Shown one piece after another: positions 29,161-40,080 of a stretch of DNA of 64,000 nt. Made by a program: the position numbers and the translations under genes. Position 1 is the stretch's first letter. The number at the start of each line of letters is the position of its first letter. Source of the DNA: an uncultured Acidobacteriota bacterium (GTDB lineage Bacteria > Acidobacteriota > Thermoanaerobaculia > UBA5066 > Gp7-AA6). Location: NCBI GenBank assembly GCA_963763535.1, contig CAVXOX010000005.1:479823-543822 (forward strand), given 5' to 3'. Below the pieces are notes generated by a model. The model was not told where the DNA came from. It was given only the letters and a program-made list of their open reading frames with translations, and did no database searches.

Positions 29161-29463
29161 ATGACCGATCCGAAGCCGGTGGCCGTGAAGATCACGATCG
29201 ACGAGGCCATCGCCGAGGGCCAGTACGCCAATTTCGCGAACATCCTGCACAATCCGACGGAGTTCGTCTTCGATTTCGGGCGCGTCGTGCCGGGCCGAGG
29301 CGACGTCAAGGTCGTCAGCCGCATCCTGACGACGCCGTTCCACGCCCGGCAGCTCCTGCGCGCGCTCCAGCAGAACATCGATCTCTATGAGCGGCAGTAC
29401 GGGCCGATCCGCTCGGAGTTTCAGACGCCGCCCGCCGACTCGACGGACTCGACGACGAACTGA
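29161..29463 (+). CDS. DUF3467 family protein
   Basis: MTDPKPVAVKITIDEAIAEGQYANFANILHNPTEFVFDFGRVVPG matches the DUF3467 core as I remember it. Confidence 0.65.
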   Translation: MTDPKPVAVKITIDEAIAEGQYANFANILHNPTEFVFDFGRVVPGRGDVKVVSRILTTPFHARQLLRALQQNIDLYERQYGPIRSEFQTPPADSTDSTTN

Positions 29464-29508
29464 GGCGGGCCCGGGACTCGAAGTCCGAGATGCGAGGGAC
29501 GAGCTCCC

Positions 29509-30603
29509 TCAAGCCTTCTCGGCGGAACGGATGACGCCGCCCCCCAGGACCACGTCGCCCTCGTAGAACACGCACGCCTGCCCGGGCGCGACCGCGCGCA
29601 CCGGCACGTCGAAGGCGACGCGGGCGCCGCCATCGGCCAGGGGCTCGATCATCGCCGGGACCTCCGCGCCGCGGTGCCGCACGCGGGCGGCCACGCGCAC
29701 CGGTCCCGTCGCGGGACCCCGCAGGAAGCGCACGCCCTCGAGCACCGCGCCCCGGGTCCCGAGATCGCGCGCCGGGCCGACGACGACGCGATTCTCGGCC
29801 GGGTCGAGCGCGAGCACGTAGAGGCGCTCGGGGGCGGCCACGCCCAGCCCGTGCCGCTGGCCGATCGTGAACCGGAAGTGTCCCTCGTGGCTGCCGAGCC
29901 GCGCGCCGCCCGTGTCCTCGATCGCCCCCGTCGCGGGCGGGCGGCCGAGACCGAGGGCGTCCGCCTGCGCGGCCACGAAGTCGCCCGCCCGCGTGCCCGC
30001 GGGCACGAAGCAGATCTCCTGGCTCTCTTCCTTGTCCGCGGTCGGGAGACGGGCGCGCCGCGCGTGCGCCCGCACCTCCGTCTTCGTGAGCGCGCCCACC
30101 GGGAATCGCGCCGCCGCGAGCTGGTCGGGGGCGAGGTCCCAGAGAAAATAGGACTGGTCCTTGTCCGGGTCGCTTCCCCGCCGGAGGACGGGTCGGCCCT
30201 CGGCGCCGTCGCGGGTCACACGCACGTAGTGGCCGGTCGCCACCGCCCCGCAGCCGAGGCCCCGCGCGCGCTCCCAGAGCGTCGCGAACTTGACCTTCGT
30301 GTTGCACGCGGTGCACGGGATCGGGGTGTCTCCCGCGAGATAGGACGCGACGAACGGCCGGACCACGTCGCGCCGGAACTCCTCCTCGAGATTCAGGACG
30401 TAGTGACGGATCCCGAGGGCCCAGGCGACGCGCCGCGCGTCCGAGAGGTCGTCGAGCGTGCAGCAGCGACCGCTCCGTCCGGCTTCGGCGGAATGGTCCC
30501 ACAGCTGCATGGAGAGGCCGACGACCTCATGCCCCGCCTCCTTCAGGAGGAGGGCGGCGACCGAGGAGTCGACGCCCCCGGACATGGCGACGGCGATGCG
30601 CAT
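29509..30603 (-). CDS. mnmA: tRNA-specific 2-thiouridylase MnmA
   Basis: MRIAVAMSGGVDSSVAALLL... PP-loop SGGxDS and catalytic Cys motifs. 364 aa. Confidence 0.9.
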   Translation of the reverse strand: MRIAVAMSGGVDSSVAALLLKEAGHEVVGLSMQLWDHSAEAGRSGRCCTLDDLSDARRVAWALGIRHYVLNLEEEFRRDVVRPFVASYLAGDTPIPCTACNTKVKFATLWERARGLGCGAVATGHYVRVTRDGAEGRPVLRRGSDPDKDQSYFLWDLAPDQLAAARFPVGALTKTEVRAHARRARLPTADKEESQEICFVPAGTRAGDFVAAQADALGLGRPPATGAIEDTGGARLGSHEGHFRFTIGQRHGLGVAAPERLYVLALDPAENRVVVGPARDLGTRGAVLEGVRFLRGPATGPVRVAARVRHRGAEVPAMIEPLADGGARVAFDVPVRAVAPGQACVFYEGDVVLGGGVIRSAEKA

Positions 30604-30615
30604 GGGAGGGGAATG

Positions 30616-31170
30616 CTACTGCGGCGTCACGATCAGCATCAGGGTCGATGCGCCGATCGTGAACTCGCCCTGGTTCTCGAGGAGCGCCTCCACGACGGGT
30701 TCGTCGCCGACGTGGGTGCCGTTGGCGGAGCCGAGGTCGACGACGGTCACCTGGTCGCCGGAAACTTCGATCGCGGCGTGCTGCCGCGAGACCTCCGGAT
30801 CGTCGAGCGCGACGTCGACGTCCTCGCGGCCGAGGAGGACCCGTGGCTTCTCGATGACGAACATGCGGCCGGCGTCCGGGCCGGCGATCACGGCGAGCGA
30901 GAGCTTCTGGTCCGGCGGCAGAGCCAGCGGTGCGGTGGGCCGCGGCGCCGGCCGCTCCGCGCGGTTCTTCCGTTCGGAGGAATGGCGCGAGACGGTCTCG
31001 TCGGGCGGGGGACGACGGCCGAGCGCGGGGCCCGCCTCGAACGCGCGCGTGTTGACGACCTCGAAGATGGCCTGGCAACGGGAACAGCGCAGCCTCTTGG
31101 CGGGGCGCCCCTCGAACCGCGCCTCGTCGTACTGGTACTTCGCCTGGCAGCGTTCGCAGACGACGATCAC
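30616..31170 (-). CDS. Zinc-ribbon plus FHA domain protein
   Basis: GTG start coupled GTGA to the upstream desulfurase stop. N-terminal CERCQ...CSRCQ zinc ribbon. C-terminal FHA (FVIEKPRVLLGREDVDVALDDPEVSRQHAAIEVSGDQVTVVDLGSANGTHV). The rest of listed ORF 30616..31773 is off-frame. Confidence 0.75.
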   Translation of the reverse strand: MIVVCERCQAKYQYDEARFEGRPAKRLRCSRCQAIFEVVNTRAFEAGPALGRRPPPDETVSRHSSERKNRAERPAPRPTAPLALPPDQKLSLAVIAGPDAGRMFVIEKPRVLLGREDVDVALDDPEVSRQHAAIEVSGDQVTVVDLGSANGTHVGDEPVVEALLENQGEFTIGASTLMLIVTPQ

Positions 31171-32324
31171 GGCGCATCTCCGGCGGCGGCGGCGAGCGCG
31201 ACGGCGGCGCCCCGCGCGTCGGCGGCCGCGGCCGGGAGCATCTCCAGGACGCGCGCGACCTCGTCCTCGGTCGTCTCGCGCGACAGCGAGAAGCGCACGA
31301 CCGACCGCGCCTCCGCGGGGGCGAGCCCCAGCGCGAGGAGCGCGGGCGACGGCGCGAGCGTTCCGCTCGAGCAGGCGCTGCCGGCGGAGACCGCCACCCC
31401 GTCGAGGTCGAGCCGGATCAGGAGCGTCTCGCCCGAGGCGCCCGGAAAGAGGACCGCCGTCGTGTTCGCGAGGCGCGGGGCCGATTCGCCGACGACCCGT
31501 GCCCCCGGCACGCGCTCGAGGATCCCCCGCTCGAGGCGGTCCCGCAGCCGCCCGATCGACCCGGCCTCGCCGAGCCGCCGCGCCGCCAGATGCGCCGCCG
31601 CGCCGAATCCCACGATCCCGGTCGTGTTCTCGGTGCCGGCCCGAAGCCGTTTCTCCTGGCCGCCGCCGGGCGTGTGCGGCTCGAGCCGGACGGCCCGCCG
31701 CACCCAGAGGGCGCCCGCGCCCTTGGGGCCGTGCATCTTGTGCGCGGACATCGAGAGAAGGTCGACCCCCCACGCTCGGACGTCGACCGGCAGTTTGCCC
31801 ACGGCCTGGACTGCGTCGGTATGGACGAGCGCCCCGGCCCGGCGCGCCCCCGCGGCGATCGCGGCGACCGGAAAGACCGCCCCGTACTCGTTGTTCGCCG
31901 CCATGACCGAGACGAGGAGCGTCCCGGGCGCCACGGCCCCGAGCACCCGGTCGGCGTCGAGACGCCCCGAGCGCTCCGGCGGGACCGCGACGACCTCGCA
32001 GCCCCGATCGGCCAGGCGCCCGGCGGCCTCGCGCACGGACGGGTGCTCGACCGCGCTGACGACGACGCGGCCCCGCCTCCCTCCGACCGCCCCGAGGAGC
32101 GCGAGCGCGTTCGCCTCGGTGCCCCCCGAGGTCAGCACGATCTCCGCGGCGGCCCCGCCGACGAGGGCGGCGACCTGCTCCCGGGCCTCCTCGATCACCC
32201 TCCGGGCCCGCTGCCCTTCGAGGTGGAGCGACGAGGGGTTCCCGAAGACCTCCGCGGCCCCGGCCATCGCCTCGCGCACCACGGGATCGAGCCGCGTCGA
32301 GGCGTTGTTGTCGAGGTAGATCAT
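31167..32324 (-). CDS. Cysteine desulfurase (NifS/IscS class V aminotransferase)
   Basis: MIYLDNNASTRLDPVV...SAHKMHGPKGAGAL (PLP-lysine)...SAGSACSSG active-site Cys loop. Confidence 0.9.
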   Translation of the reverse strand: MIYLDNNASTRLDPVVREAMAGAAEVFGNPSSLHLEGQRARRVIEEAREQVAALVGGAAAEIVLTSGGTEANALALLGAVGGRRGRVVVSAVEHPSVREAAGRLADRGCEVVAVPPERSGRLDADRVLGAVAPGTLLVSVMAANNEYGAVFPVAAIAAGARRAGALVHTDAVQAVGKLPVDVRAWGVDLLSMSAHKMHGPKGAGALWVRRAVRLEPHTPGGGQEKRLRAGTENTTGIVGFGAAAHLAARRLGEAGSIGRLRDRLERGILERVPGARVVGESAPRLANTTAVLFPGASGETLLIRLDLDGVAVSAGSACSSGTLAPSPALLALGLAPAEARSVVRFSLSRETTEDEVARVLEMLPAAAADARGAAVALAAAAGDAP

Positions 32325-32424
32325 GCGTTCAAAAGCCCGGACACTCCTCCAAATTATCGCTCCGGCGGACGGGCAATCCGAAAACTATCTTCGAGGAATA
32401 GCCGTATCGCGAACGGGAGTTAAG

Positions 32425-35400
32425 ATGCCTAGTCCGGTGAAGGCGCAGATTTTCTCGCGTCTCGTCTTCGCGGCCGCGCTCTCGTTTCCGGGACCCGTCG
32501 CCGCTCGACTCCTCGCGTCCGATCCGCCCGATCCCACGCCGACGCCGATCGCGGGTCCGTCGGCGTCCGCCGCGGGGAACCGGTCCGCACCGGCGAAGCC
32601 CCTGACGAAGCTCTCCGGCAAGGAGACCGCCGCGCGCTTCGATGCGCTGCCCCCGGAGGAGAAGAAGTGGCTCGACGACGTCGCGCCGATCATCCTTCCC
32701 GACGAGCGCAACCTGTTCCTGCAGCTCGAGCCGCAGCAGTGGGAGATCTTCAAGACGGACTTCTGGGGCCGGCGCGAGCGGCCCGGCCTGCCGGATCCGC
32801 TCGGCCCGGGTTACCGGAATCGCTACGACGCCCTGCGCGAGGCGGCCGCCACGACCTACGGAGGCCTGAAGAGCGACACGGGCAAGATGGTGGTCCTGCG
32901 CGGGGAGCCTCTGTCGATCCAGGAGTACTCCCAGTGCAACGACGTGTTTCGCGACATCGCCGTCTGGACCTACCGCAAGACGAACGCCTCGCAGGTCGGC
33001 GGCGAGGCTCGATTCCTCTTCTACCGGATGAACCCGAACGCGGGGAGCTGGAAGCTCTGGATGCCCATGATGCCGGACCAGGAGCTGCTGGCGCCCTCGT
33101 CGTGCCTCAGGACGATCGCCGAGGCGTGCCGGCCAAAGGGGGCCCCGGGGCCCGTCGCCGAAGGATGCACGACGAACGTTCCGAAGACCTGCGACCAGGC
33201 GTGCGAAGTCGTGTCGATCATCTCGAGCATTCGCCTCGAAGGCGACGGCTTCGTCGCCGCGGCGATCTCCCAGCCGCCGAAGGTCGACACGGAGGGCCTC
33301 GAGAAGCTCGCCGAGAACTTCCCCCAGCTTTCCGACGCCAGCGCGAAGCCGCTCACGATGGAGACCCACACGGCCGACGCGACGCCCGCGACGAGCTCCC
33401 CGGCCCCGACGCCTGCAGCCGCTCCGCCGATCGCGGCCGCTCCCGCACCGGCGCGCCGGCCGCTCCGTCGTCCGCTTCCCCGCCCGGCGCGGCGCCCGCG
33501 GCCGCCTCGAAGAGCGCCGCGCCCTCGGCCGCGCCGCAGCACCTGACGCAGCTCTCGAAGAAGGAAGCCGCCGCGCGGCTGAAGGCGCTGCCCGAGGAAG
33601 AACGGAAGTGGGTCGAGGACTACGTCGCGCCGATCATTCTGCCCCCGGAGCGGAACCTCTTCCTGCAGCTGACGGAGCCGCACCAGCGCGAGATCTTCAA
33701 GCAGGAGTTCTGGAAGCGCCGCGAGCAGCCGGGCCTCGCCGAGCCCCTGGGTCCGGGCTACCGCAACCGCTACGAGTCGTTCCGCGAGGCGGCCGCGACG
33801 ACCTACGGAGGGCTCGACAGCGACACGGGCAGGATGGTCGTCCGGCGCGGCGAGCCTCTCGGGGTCATGGAATTCGGAGAGTGCAGCAACGTCTTCCAGG
33901 ACATCGTCGTCTGGACGTACCGAAAGCCGAACGCGCTCTCGAACGCGATCCGGAGCGAGCAGATGTACCTCTTCTATCGCACGAGCTTCGGCGCCGGCGC
34001 GTACCACCTCTGGATGCCGAACATGCCGGACACGACGCTCCTCATCCCCGCCTCCTGTCTGCGCACGATCGACGAGGCCTGCCGGCCGGCGGGAGCGCCC
34101 GCATCGCCGTCCAACGACACCTTCTGTCCGAATCACGCCGTGCCGGCGACGTGCGGCCAGGCCTGCGACATCGTGCGCATCATCCAGACGATCCGCGGCC
34201 AGGGCGAAGGGGCGGCGCTGGCGGCGATGTCCGAGCCGCCGAAGGTGGACCTCGAAGGCATCGAGAAACTCGCGGAGCGCTTCCCCACCGTGGGCGACGC
34301 GAACGCGAAGCCCCTGTCGGTCCAGGGACCGGGAAGTGAGACGGCGGTGGTCCCCTCCTCGCCGAACGCCAGAGCGACCGACCAGACCGCCGCACCCGCG
34401 CCGACGCACCGCAAGCTCTCCAAGAAGGAGATGCACCAGCTCGAGCAGGCGCTGCCGCCGCAGTACAAGGACTTCCTCACGATCGTCGACCTGATCATCA
34501 CCCCCGAGGAGAAGGAGGTCTTTCTCCAGATCAGCGAGAACTACCAGCGCGACAAGTTCATCGACGCTTTCTGGAAGCGGCGGACCATCGACTCCTCGGG
34601 AATCCGCACCGATTACCGCGCCGTGTACACGCACCGCGTCCAGCAGGCGATCGACCAGTTCGGGGACATCCACAACGACCGCGCGAAGCTCTTCGTCATG
34701 GCCGGGCCGCCCGACGCCGTCATCCCCGTCGACTGCGATGACGTCTACGTCCCGCTCCAGATCTGGTACTACGAGCGGCTCGAGTCGCTGAAGTCGAAGG
34801 CCTACCTGGTCTTCTACGAGCCGTACAGCATGCCGCCGTACAAGCTGTGGCTCCCGATCGACGGACGGGGCGTGCTGCTCGTCGGCGTCGGCACGCAGGC
34901 GACGGCAGCGCGGCCCGTGGACATCCAGCAATGCTTCGACTGGCGCACGGTCGAACAGGCGATCCAGTACACCTCGATCCTCCTCGGGGGAGGCGCATTC
35001 GGCCTGCAGTCGCTCTCGAAGCTGTTCGAGCCCCCGAAGGTCGAGACGGAGGGCGTCGACACCATCCTGACCATGACGACGGACATCCATCAGGGCGCGG
35101 CGGACATCGCAGTCAAGAAGCTCGTCCGCTTTCCCGAGATGCGCGCGAACAAGATGGGCGTCGACCTCTCTCTCCTCGTGCCGAAGGCGGAGCTGCACCC
35201 GCGCTCGCTCGGGGAGGAGGGCTTCTACAACATCGACGTGATCGGCGAGGTGGTCAAGGACGACCGGCTCATCGACAACTTCAAATACCGGTTCGACATC
35301 CCCGTCGAGGAGATCGGGGGCGAGAAGATTCCGCTGACCGTCCGAAGGTATCTCTACCCCGGCGAGTACAAGCTCGTTCTGAAGGTCTCGGACGGCAACC

Positions 35401-36863
35401 AGAACGCGGAGGGCCGTCTCTCGGAGACCTTCGTCGTGCCGGAGCAGCCGGACTCCCCGCCGCCCGAGGTCGTCGCCGCGCGCGCCGCCGGGAAGGCCGC
35501 CGTCGGCAAGATGAAGGACGAGGGACTGGTTCCCTCGGCGGTCACGATCCAGCCGATCGCCAAGGAGATCGTGACCGGGCTCCAGCGATTCGAGACGCGG
35601 GTCGCCGACGGCGTCAAGGCGGTCGACTTCTACTTGAACGGCTCGAAGGTCATGACGCGCACCAGGGCGCCCTACGACGCCGACCTGAACCTCGGTCCCC
35701 TGCCCCGCAAGCAGACGGTCCGCGTCGTGGCGTATGGACCGACGGGCCGCACCGTCGGCGAGGACGAGTACATCGTCAACGAGGGGCGCGAGGTCTTCAG
35801 GGTCCGCATCTTGACGCCGGAGAAGGGCTCCAAGGTCACCGGGCCGACCAAGGTCGTCGCGGCCGTGGCGGTCCCCGAGGGCAAGGCGCTCCAGAAGATG
35901 GAGTTCTACTCGAACGAGGCGCGGGTCGCCACGCTCTATCAGGCGCCGTACGAGCAGACGGTCACGATCAAGGACTCGAAGTCTCTCGGCTACGTGCGCG
36001 TGGTGGGCACTCTCGACGACGGCACCATCGCGGAGGACCTGCGCTACGTCAACGCGCCGCAGTTCGTTTCCGAAGTCACCGTCGACGCCGTCGAGCTCTA
36101 CACGACGGTCACGGAGAAGGGGCGGCCGGTCAATTACCTCCAGGCCTCCAACTTCAAGGTGATCGAGGACGGCACCATGCAGAAGATCGAGGGGTTCGAG
36201 TACGTCAAGAACCTGCCGCTGTCGCTCGGCATCATGATCGACACGTCCGCCTCGATGCTCGAGTCGCTGCCGGAGGCGGAGCAGGCGGCGCTGAAGTTCA
36301 TCGACTTCTCCGTCGGCGAGAAGGACCGCGCGTTCGTCGTCTCCTTCGACAACGAGCCGTACCTCCTCTCGAAGCTGACCGGACGAAAGGACAAGCTCAT
36401 CCGCTCGCTGTCGGGACTCCGCGCCGAGGGCTCGACGGCGCTGTACGACGCGATCATCTACGGCCTGTACCAGTTCACCGGCATCAAGGGCAAGAAGGCG
36501 CTGGTCCTCGTGACCGACGGCAAGGACACCGCCTCGAAGTTCGACTTCGACACGCTCGTCGAGTACGTGAAGAAGTCCGGCATCGCGATCTACGCGATCG
36601 GGCTGAAGATCTCCGGGACCGACCTCGAGGTGAAGTACAAGCTCAACAAGGTCGCCCAGGTCACGGGGGGCCAGACCTTCTACATCGACTCGATCAAGAA
36701 CCTGGAGACCGTGTACCGCCAGATCAACGAGGAGCTCCGCAGCCAGTACCTGCTGACGTACTACTCGTCGAACAACCAGGAGAAGGAGCGCTGGCGCAAG
36801 GTCGAGGTCAAGGTCGAGCCGACGAATCTGCAGGCGCGGACGATCAGCGGGTACTACCCCTAG
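32425..36863 (+). CDS. Large secreted protein with three tandem GWxTD-like repeats (~250 aa each) and a C-terminal acidobacterial VWA domain. It carries a frameshift at ~33448-33462.
   Basis: Signal peptide MPSPVKAQIFSRLVFAAALSFPGPVAA preceded by GGGAG. Repeat 1 is in the frame of ORF 32323..33546. Repeats 2-3 and the VWA domain are in the frame of ORF 32667..36863. Recurrent LSKKE...FWKRRE...GYRNRYE...TGRMVVRRGEP blocks. VWA core LSLGIMIDTSASM...LVTDGKDTAS. Confidence 0.7.
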
Positions 36864-36874
36864 TTCGTAGTACC

Positions 36875-36947
36875 GTCATCCCGAGCGCGGCGAGGGATCC
36901 CGTGCGTCAAAGCCCGGGATTCCTCGGGCTCACGCCCTCGGAATGAC
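36875..36947. repeat. Inverted pair of the GTCATCCCGAG…CGAGGGATCCC repeat unit (73-bp palindromic element)
   Basis: gtcatcccgagcgcggcgagggatccc …14 nt… gggattcctcgggctcacgccctcggaatgac. Its right arm supplies the first ATG of the maf ORF. Confidence 0.65.
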
Positions 36948-36951
36948 CCGT

Positions 36952-37575
36952 ATGAACGAACGCAAACCGGCCGCTGACGCGGCTCCCCTCGTCCTCGCCT
37001 CCGCGTCGCCGCGGCGCGCCGAGATCCTGACCTCCCTCGGCATCCCCTTCACGGTGGCGCCGACCGACGTCCCGGAAGACCTTCTGCCCGGCGAGACGGC
37101 GGAATCGGCGGCCCGCCGCCTGGCGACCGCGAAGGCGGAGCGCGCCGCCGCGCACGCGCCCGACGCGTGGGTGCTCGCCGCCGACACGCTCGTCTTCCTC
37201 GACGGCGCTACCCTGGAGAAGCCGCGCGACGACGCCGAAGCGGCGGCGATGCTCCGGCGCCTGGCGGGGCGCGAGCACGGCGTCGTCACGGCGGTGCACC
37301 TGCGGCGGGGCGCAAATCCGGGCCGCGGCGTCGCCGAGATCAGCCGGGTGCGGTTCGCCCCGATGTCCGACGCCGAGATCGCCTGGTACGTCGCGACCGG
37401 CGAGCCGCGGGACAAGGCCGGCGCCTACGGCGTGCAGGGGCTCGGGGCGCGTTTCATCGCGGAGATCCGGGGGTCGTTCACCAACGTGATGGGCCTGCCG
37501 GCCCGTGCGGTCTACGAGCTGCTCAGAGACGCACGGGACCCCTCTCTCGCGCTTCTCGCTCTTTCTTCCGGCTGA
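36952..37575 (+). CDS. maf: Maf-like nucleoside triphosphate pyrophosphatase
   Basis: LVLASASPRRAEIL...GKAGAYGVQG signatures. I chose the ATG at 36952 over 36943, which lies inside the repeat. Confidence 0.85.
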   Translation: MNERKPAADAAPLVLASASPRRAEILTSLGIPFTVAPTDVPEDLLPGETAESAARRLATAKAERAAAHAPDAWVLAADTLVFLDGATLEKPRDDAEAAAMLRRLAGREHGVVTAVHLRRGANPGRGVAEISRVRFAPMSDAEIAWYVATGEPRDKAGAYGVQGLGARFIAEIRGSFTNVMGLPARAVYELLRDARDPSLALLALSSG

Positions 37576-38710
37576 GCTTCATCTCGTACATTCGCGAGTC
37601 CGCCTCGGCGAGCGTGCGCGGGAACTCCGCCTTGGGCCGATGGGTGGCCCAGCCGACCGAGAGCGTCGGCTGCAGGTGCTCCGCGCCGGGGATCAGCGGC
37701 AGCCGCCGCGCGAGCTCCTCGGCCTTCTGCGCCGCGGCGGCCTCGTCCGCCTGCGTCAGCAGGACCAGGAACTCGTCGCCGCCCCAGCGGAAGACGAGGT
37801 CGGACTCGCGCACGCACGCCGTGAGGTAGTTGGCGACGAACTGCAGGACCTCGTCCCCGAGCTGGTGCCCGCGGACGTCGTTGATCTCCTTGAAACGGTC
37901 GACGTCGACGAGGAGAACCGAAATCGCTCCCCCGTGTCGGCGCGACCGCGCGAGCTCCCGCCGGATCACGTCGTTGAAGTAATGGCGATTGTAGAGGCCG
38001 GTCAGGCGGTCGCGAATCCCCATCTCGCGCGCCTGCGAGTCCGACTCGACGAGGCGCTCCATCTCCCGCTTCAGCTCGGACTGACTCGCCTCGAAGAGCA
38101 GCAGGATGATGCCGACCGCCACCGTCATCTCGAGGAACATCTCGAAGAAGTGGGCGTACGCGTACATTTCTCCCAGCGCCTGGGCGTGGCCGTACTGCAT
38201 CTCGCCCCACGCGACGAAGCAGCGCTCGGCGGCCCACAGGAAGAACGAGGCGGAGAGCAGGACGCGTCCCGCCGTCGAACCCGGCGAGCGGACGAACGCG
38301 ATGGCCGTGAAGAGGTACGCCCCCGCGCGGATGAGCGTCACCGAGGCCATCGGCGCGAAGGGCATCGCGAGCAGCCATGCGAGCCCGAGGATCGGGAGCG
38401 CCCACAGCATGTCGACGGGGCGGGACGGCGCGCGCTCGTCCCGGAACCGCCGGATGCCGCGGATCAGGAAGAACACGTGAGCGAGCATCGCGACGTTCAG
38501 CGCGAAGAGCGGAATGAGCCGCGTCTCGGCCGTGCCGGAGGCGACCCGCACGCTCCACAGGAGGCCGAGTCCGATCAGGAAGAATCCCCAGGAGGCGATC
38601 CAGTCGAGGAACGCCGGGCGCCGGAACTTGCGGTAGAGGAGCAGCAGCACGATGAACAGCAGGATCGTGCCCGCGGCCTGAACCAGCAGAGCGACCGGTT
38701 GCGTTTCCAT
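37523..38710 (-). CDS. Membrane-anchored diguanylate cyclase (GGDEF)
   Basis: ~6 N-terminal TM helices. C-terminal RHGGAISVLLVDVDRFKEINDVRGHQLGDEVL...RWGGDEFLVLL. Convergent ~50-nt overlap with maf. Confidence 0.85.
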   Translation of the reverse strand: METQPVALLVQAAGTILLFIVLLLLYRKFRRPAFLDWIASWGFFLIGLGLLWSVRVASGTAETRLIPLFALNVAMLAHVFFLIRGIRRFRDERAPSRPVDMLWALPILGLAWLLAMPFAPMASVTLIRAGAYLFTAIAFVRSPGSTAGRVLLSASFFLWAAERCFVAWGEMQYGHAQALGEMYAYAHFFEMFLEMTVAVGIILLLFEASQSELKREMERLVESDSQAREMGIRDRLTGLYNRHYFNDVIRRELARSRRHGGAISVLLVDVDRFKEINDVRGHQLGDEVLQFVANYLTACVRESDLVFRWGGDEFLVLLTQADEAAAAQKAEELARRLPLIPGAEHLQPTLSVGWATHRPKAEFPRTLAEADSRMYEMKLSRKKEREARERGPVRL

Positions 38711-38788
38711 TGAGGCTTTGCCACAAGTGTACGTGACCTCGGCCCCGATCGGAAACCGGCAACGGTTCCGGAATTAGAATCCGCCCGC

Positions 38789-39454
38789 GTGGGCACTCCC
38801 GTCGCGCTCGTGGCGTCCACCGTCCGAATGGCCAGGGTCCTCGGCCCGTCGGCGAGCGAACGCCTCGGGGGCGCCCCGCTCGTCCCGTTCTCGATCCCGG
38901 CGTATCTGCGGGCGGAGGACCCTCCGCGCCGCGTCGTGCTGTGCCCGCCGGGCGGATCCCTCGCGCGCGACATGGCGTTCCTGCGGCGCGTCGCCGCGCG
39001 ACTTCTCTGGCCGGCGCCTCCGCCTCGCGTCGCGGAGGCGATCGAGGGAATCCGGGCCGGGGACGAATCAGCTTCGCCGTCGAGCGGAGCGCGGCGGAGC
39101 GCGAGAGAACGGCGCGGCGGCGGGGCGACGCTGCTCCTCGAAGGGCGCGTGGACGCGGCGCGCGTCCGCGTGGCGCTTCGGAACTCTCGCACTCGCGACT
39201 GGATCGTCGAGTCCGTCGGGAGCGTGCGCCTCTCCCCGCGGGCGCTCGAGCGTCTCGAGAAAGACGGCGTCCGCTGGTCCGTTCTCGCGCCCGTTGCCGT
39301 CGAGGCCGTGTGCGCCACGCGGGCGCTGTCTCGCGCGCGCGGGCGCTGGCGCGCGCTCCTGCCGCCGCGCACGCCCGTGTGGATCACGCGGCGAGGGAAC
39401 GCCGCGTCGGCGCGCCGGGCCGAGCAGAGCGAGGGCCGGCCGCCGAAACAATGA
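38789..39454 (+). CDS. Hypothetical protein
   Basis: Only non-shadow ORF in a 750-bp gap. Strong GC3 bias. No domain recognised. Confidence 0.35.
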   Translation: MGTPVALVASTVRMARVLGPSASERLGGAPLVPFSIPAYLRAEDPPRRVVLCPPGGSLARDMAFLRRVAARLLWPAPPPRVAEAIEGIRAGDESASPSSGARRSARERRGGGATLLLEGRVDAARVRVALRNSRTRDWIVESVGSVRLSPRALERLEKDGVRWSVLAPVAVEAVCATRALSRARGRWRALLPPRTPVWITRRGNAASARRAEQSEGRPPKQ

Positions 39455-39464
39455 CGCCTCGGCC

Positions 39465-40043
39465 TCAGCCGAAGTCTCGGAGCAGCTCCTCCGCGGTCTC
39501 CTTCGACAGGACCTGGCGCGCGCGGTAGTTCCCGTGCGCGACCTCGAGCGCGGCCTCCCGGCCCGCCGCGAGGGCGCGTGATCCCTCGTCGCCCAGCGGG
39601 AAGCGGATGTAGTGCACCGCCGAGATCCGATCTTCGCGGCTCTGGCCCGGCGCGAAGAGCGCCGGAAAGCGAAGCTCGCCGACGGCGAGAGCGACGTGCC
39701 CGGGCTCGTCGAGACCGATGAAGCCGTCGAGGATCTCCTGGACTCGCGGCGGGTCCGTGATCTCGATGAAGAGGGTCGCGGCCACCTCGCCCGGACCGGG
39801 CAGCAGGTCGTTGTAGACGTCCAGCTCGTGCTGGACCCTGTCGGGCCGGACGATCCGCTCGACCCGGAGCATCTCCTGGATCTGGAACCGCACCGTGTCG
39901 CGGTTCTCGAAGACCAGCGTCATCAGCGGCCCGAGTGGAACCCGCCGGCGCGACTTCAGGGCGATGACGCGGCTGCGGAAGTCGGGGCGCTCGAGCTCGT
40001 ACTCGTGCAGGTTGGCGATGTCGTCGGCGGTGATCCGTTCCAT
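39465..40043 (-). CDS. DUF3501 family protein
   Basis: 192 aa: MERITADDIANLHEYELERPDFRSRVIALKSRRRVPLGPLMTLVFEN... This family characteristically sits with rubrerythrin and HdrD-like Fe-S proteins, as it does here. Confidence 0.7.
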   Translation of the reverse strand: MERITADDIANLHEYELERPDFRSRVIALKSRRRVPLGPLMTLVFENRDTVRFQIQEMLRVERIVRPDRVQHELDVYNDLLPGPGEVAATLFIEITDPPRVQEILDGFIGLDEPGHVALAVGELRFPALFAPGQSREDRISAVHYIRFPLGDEGSRALAAGREAALEVAHGNYRARQVLSKETAEELLRDFG

Positions 40044-40080
40044 TTCGAGTCTCGTTTTCGGATTTCGAATTGCGGGTTCT

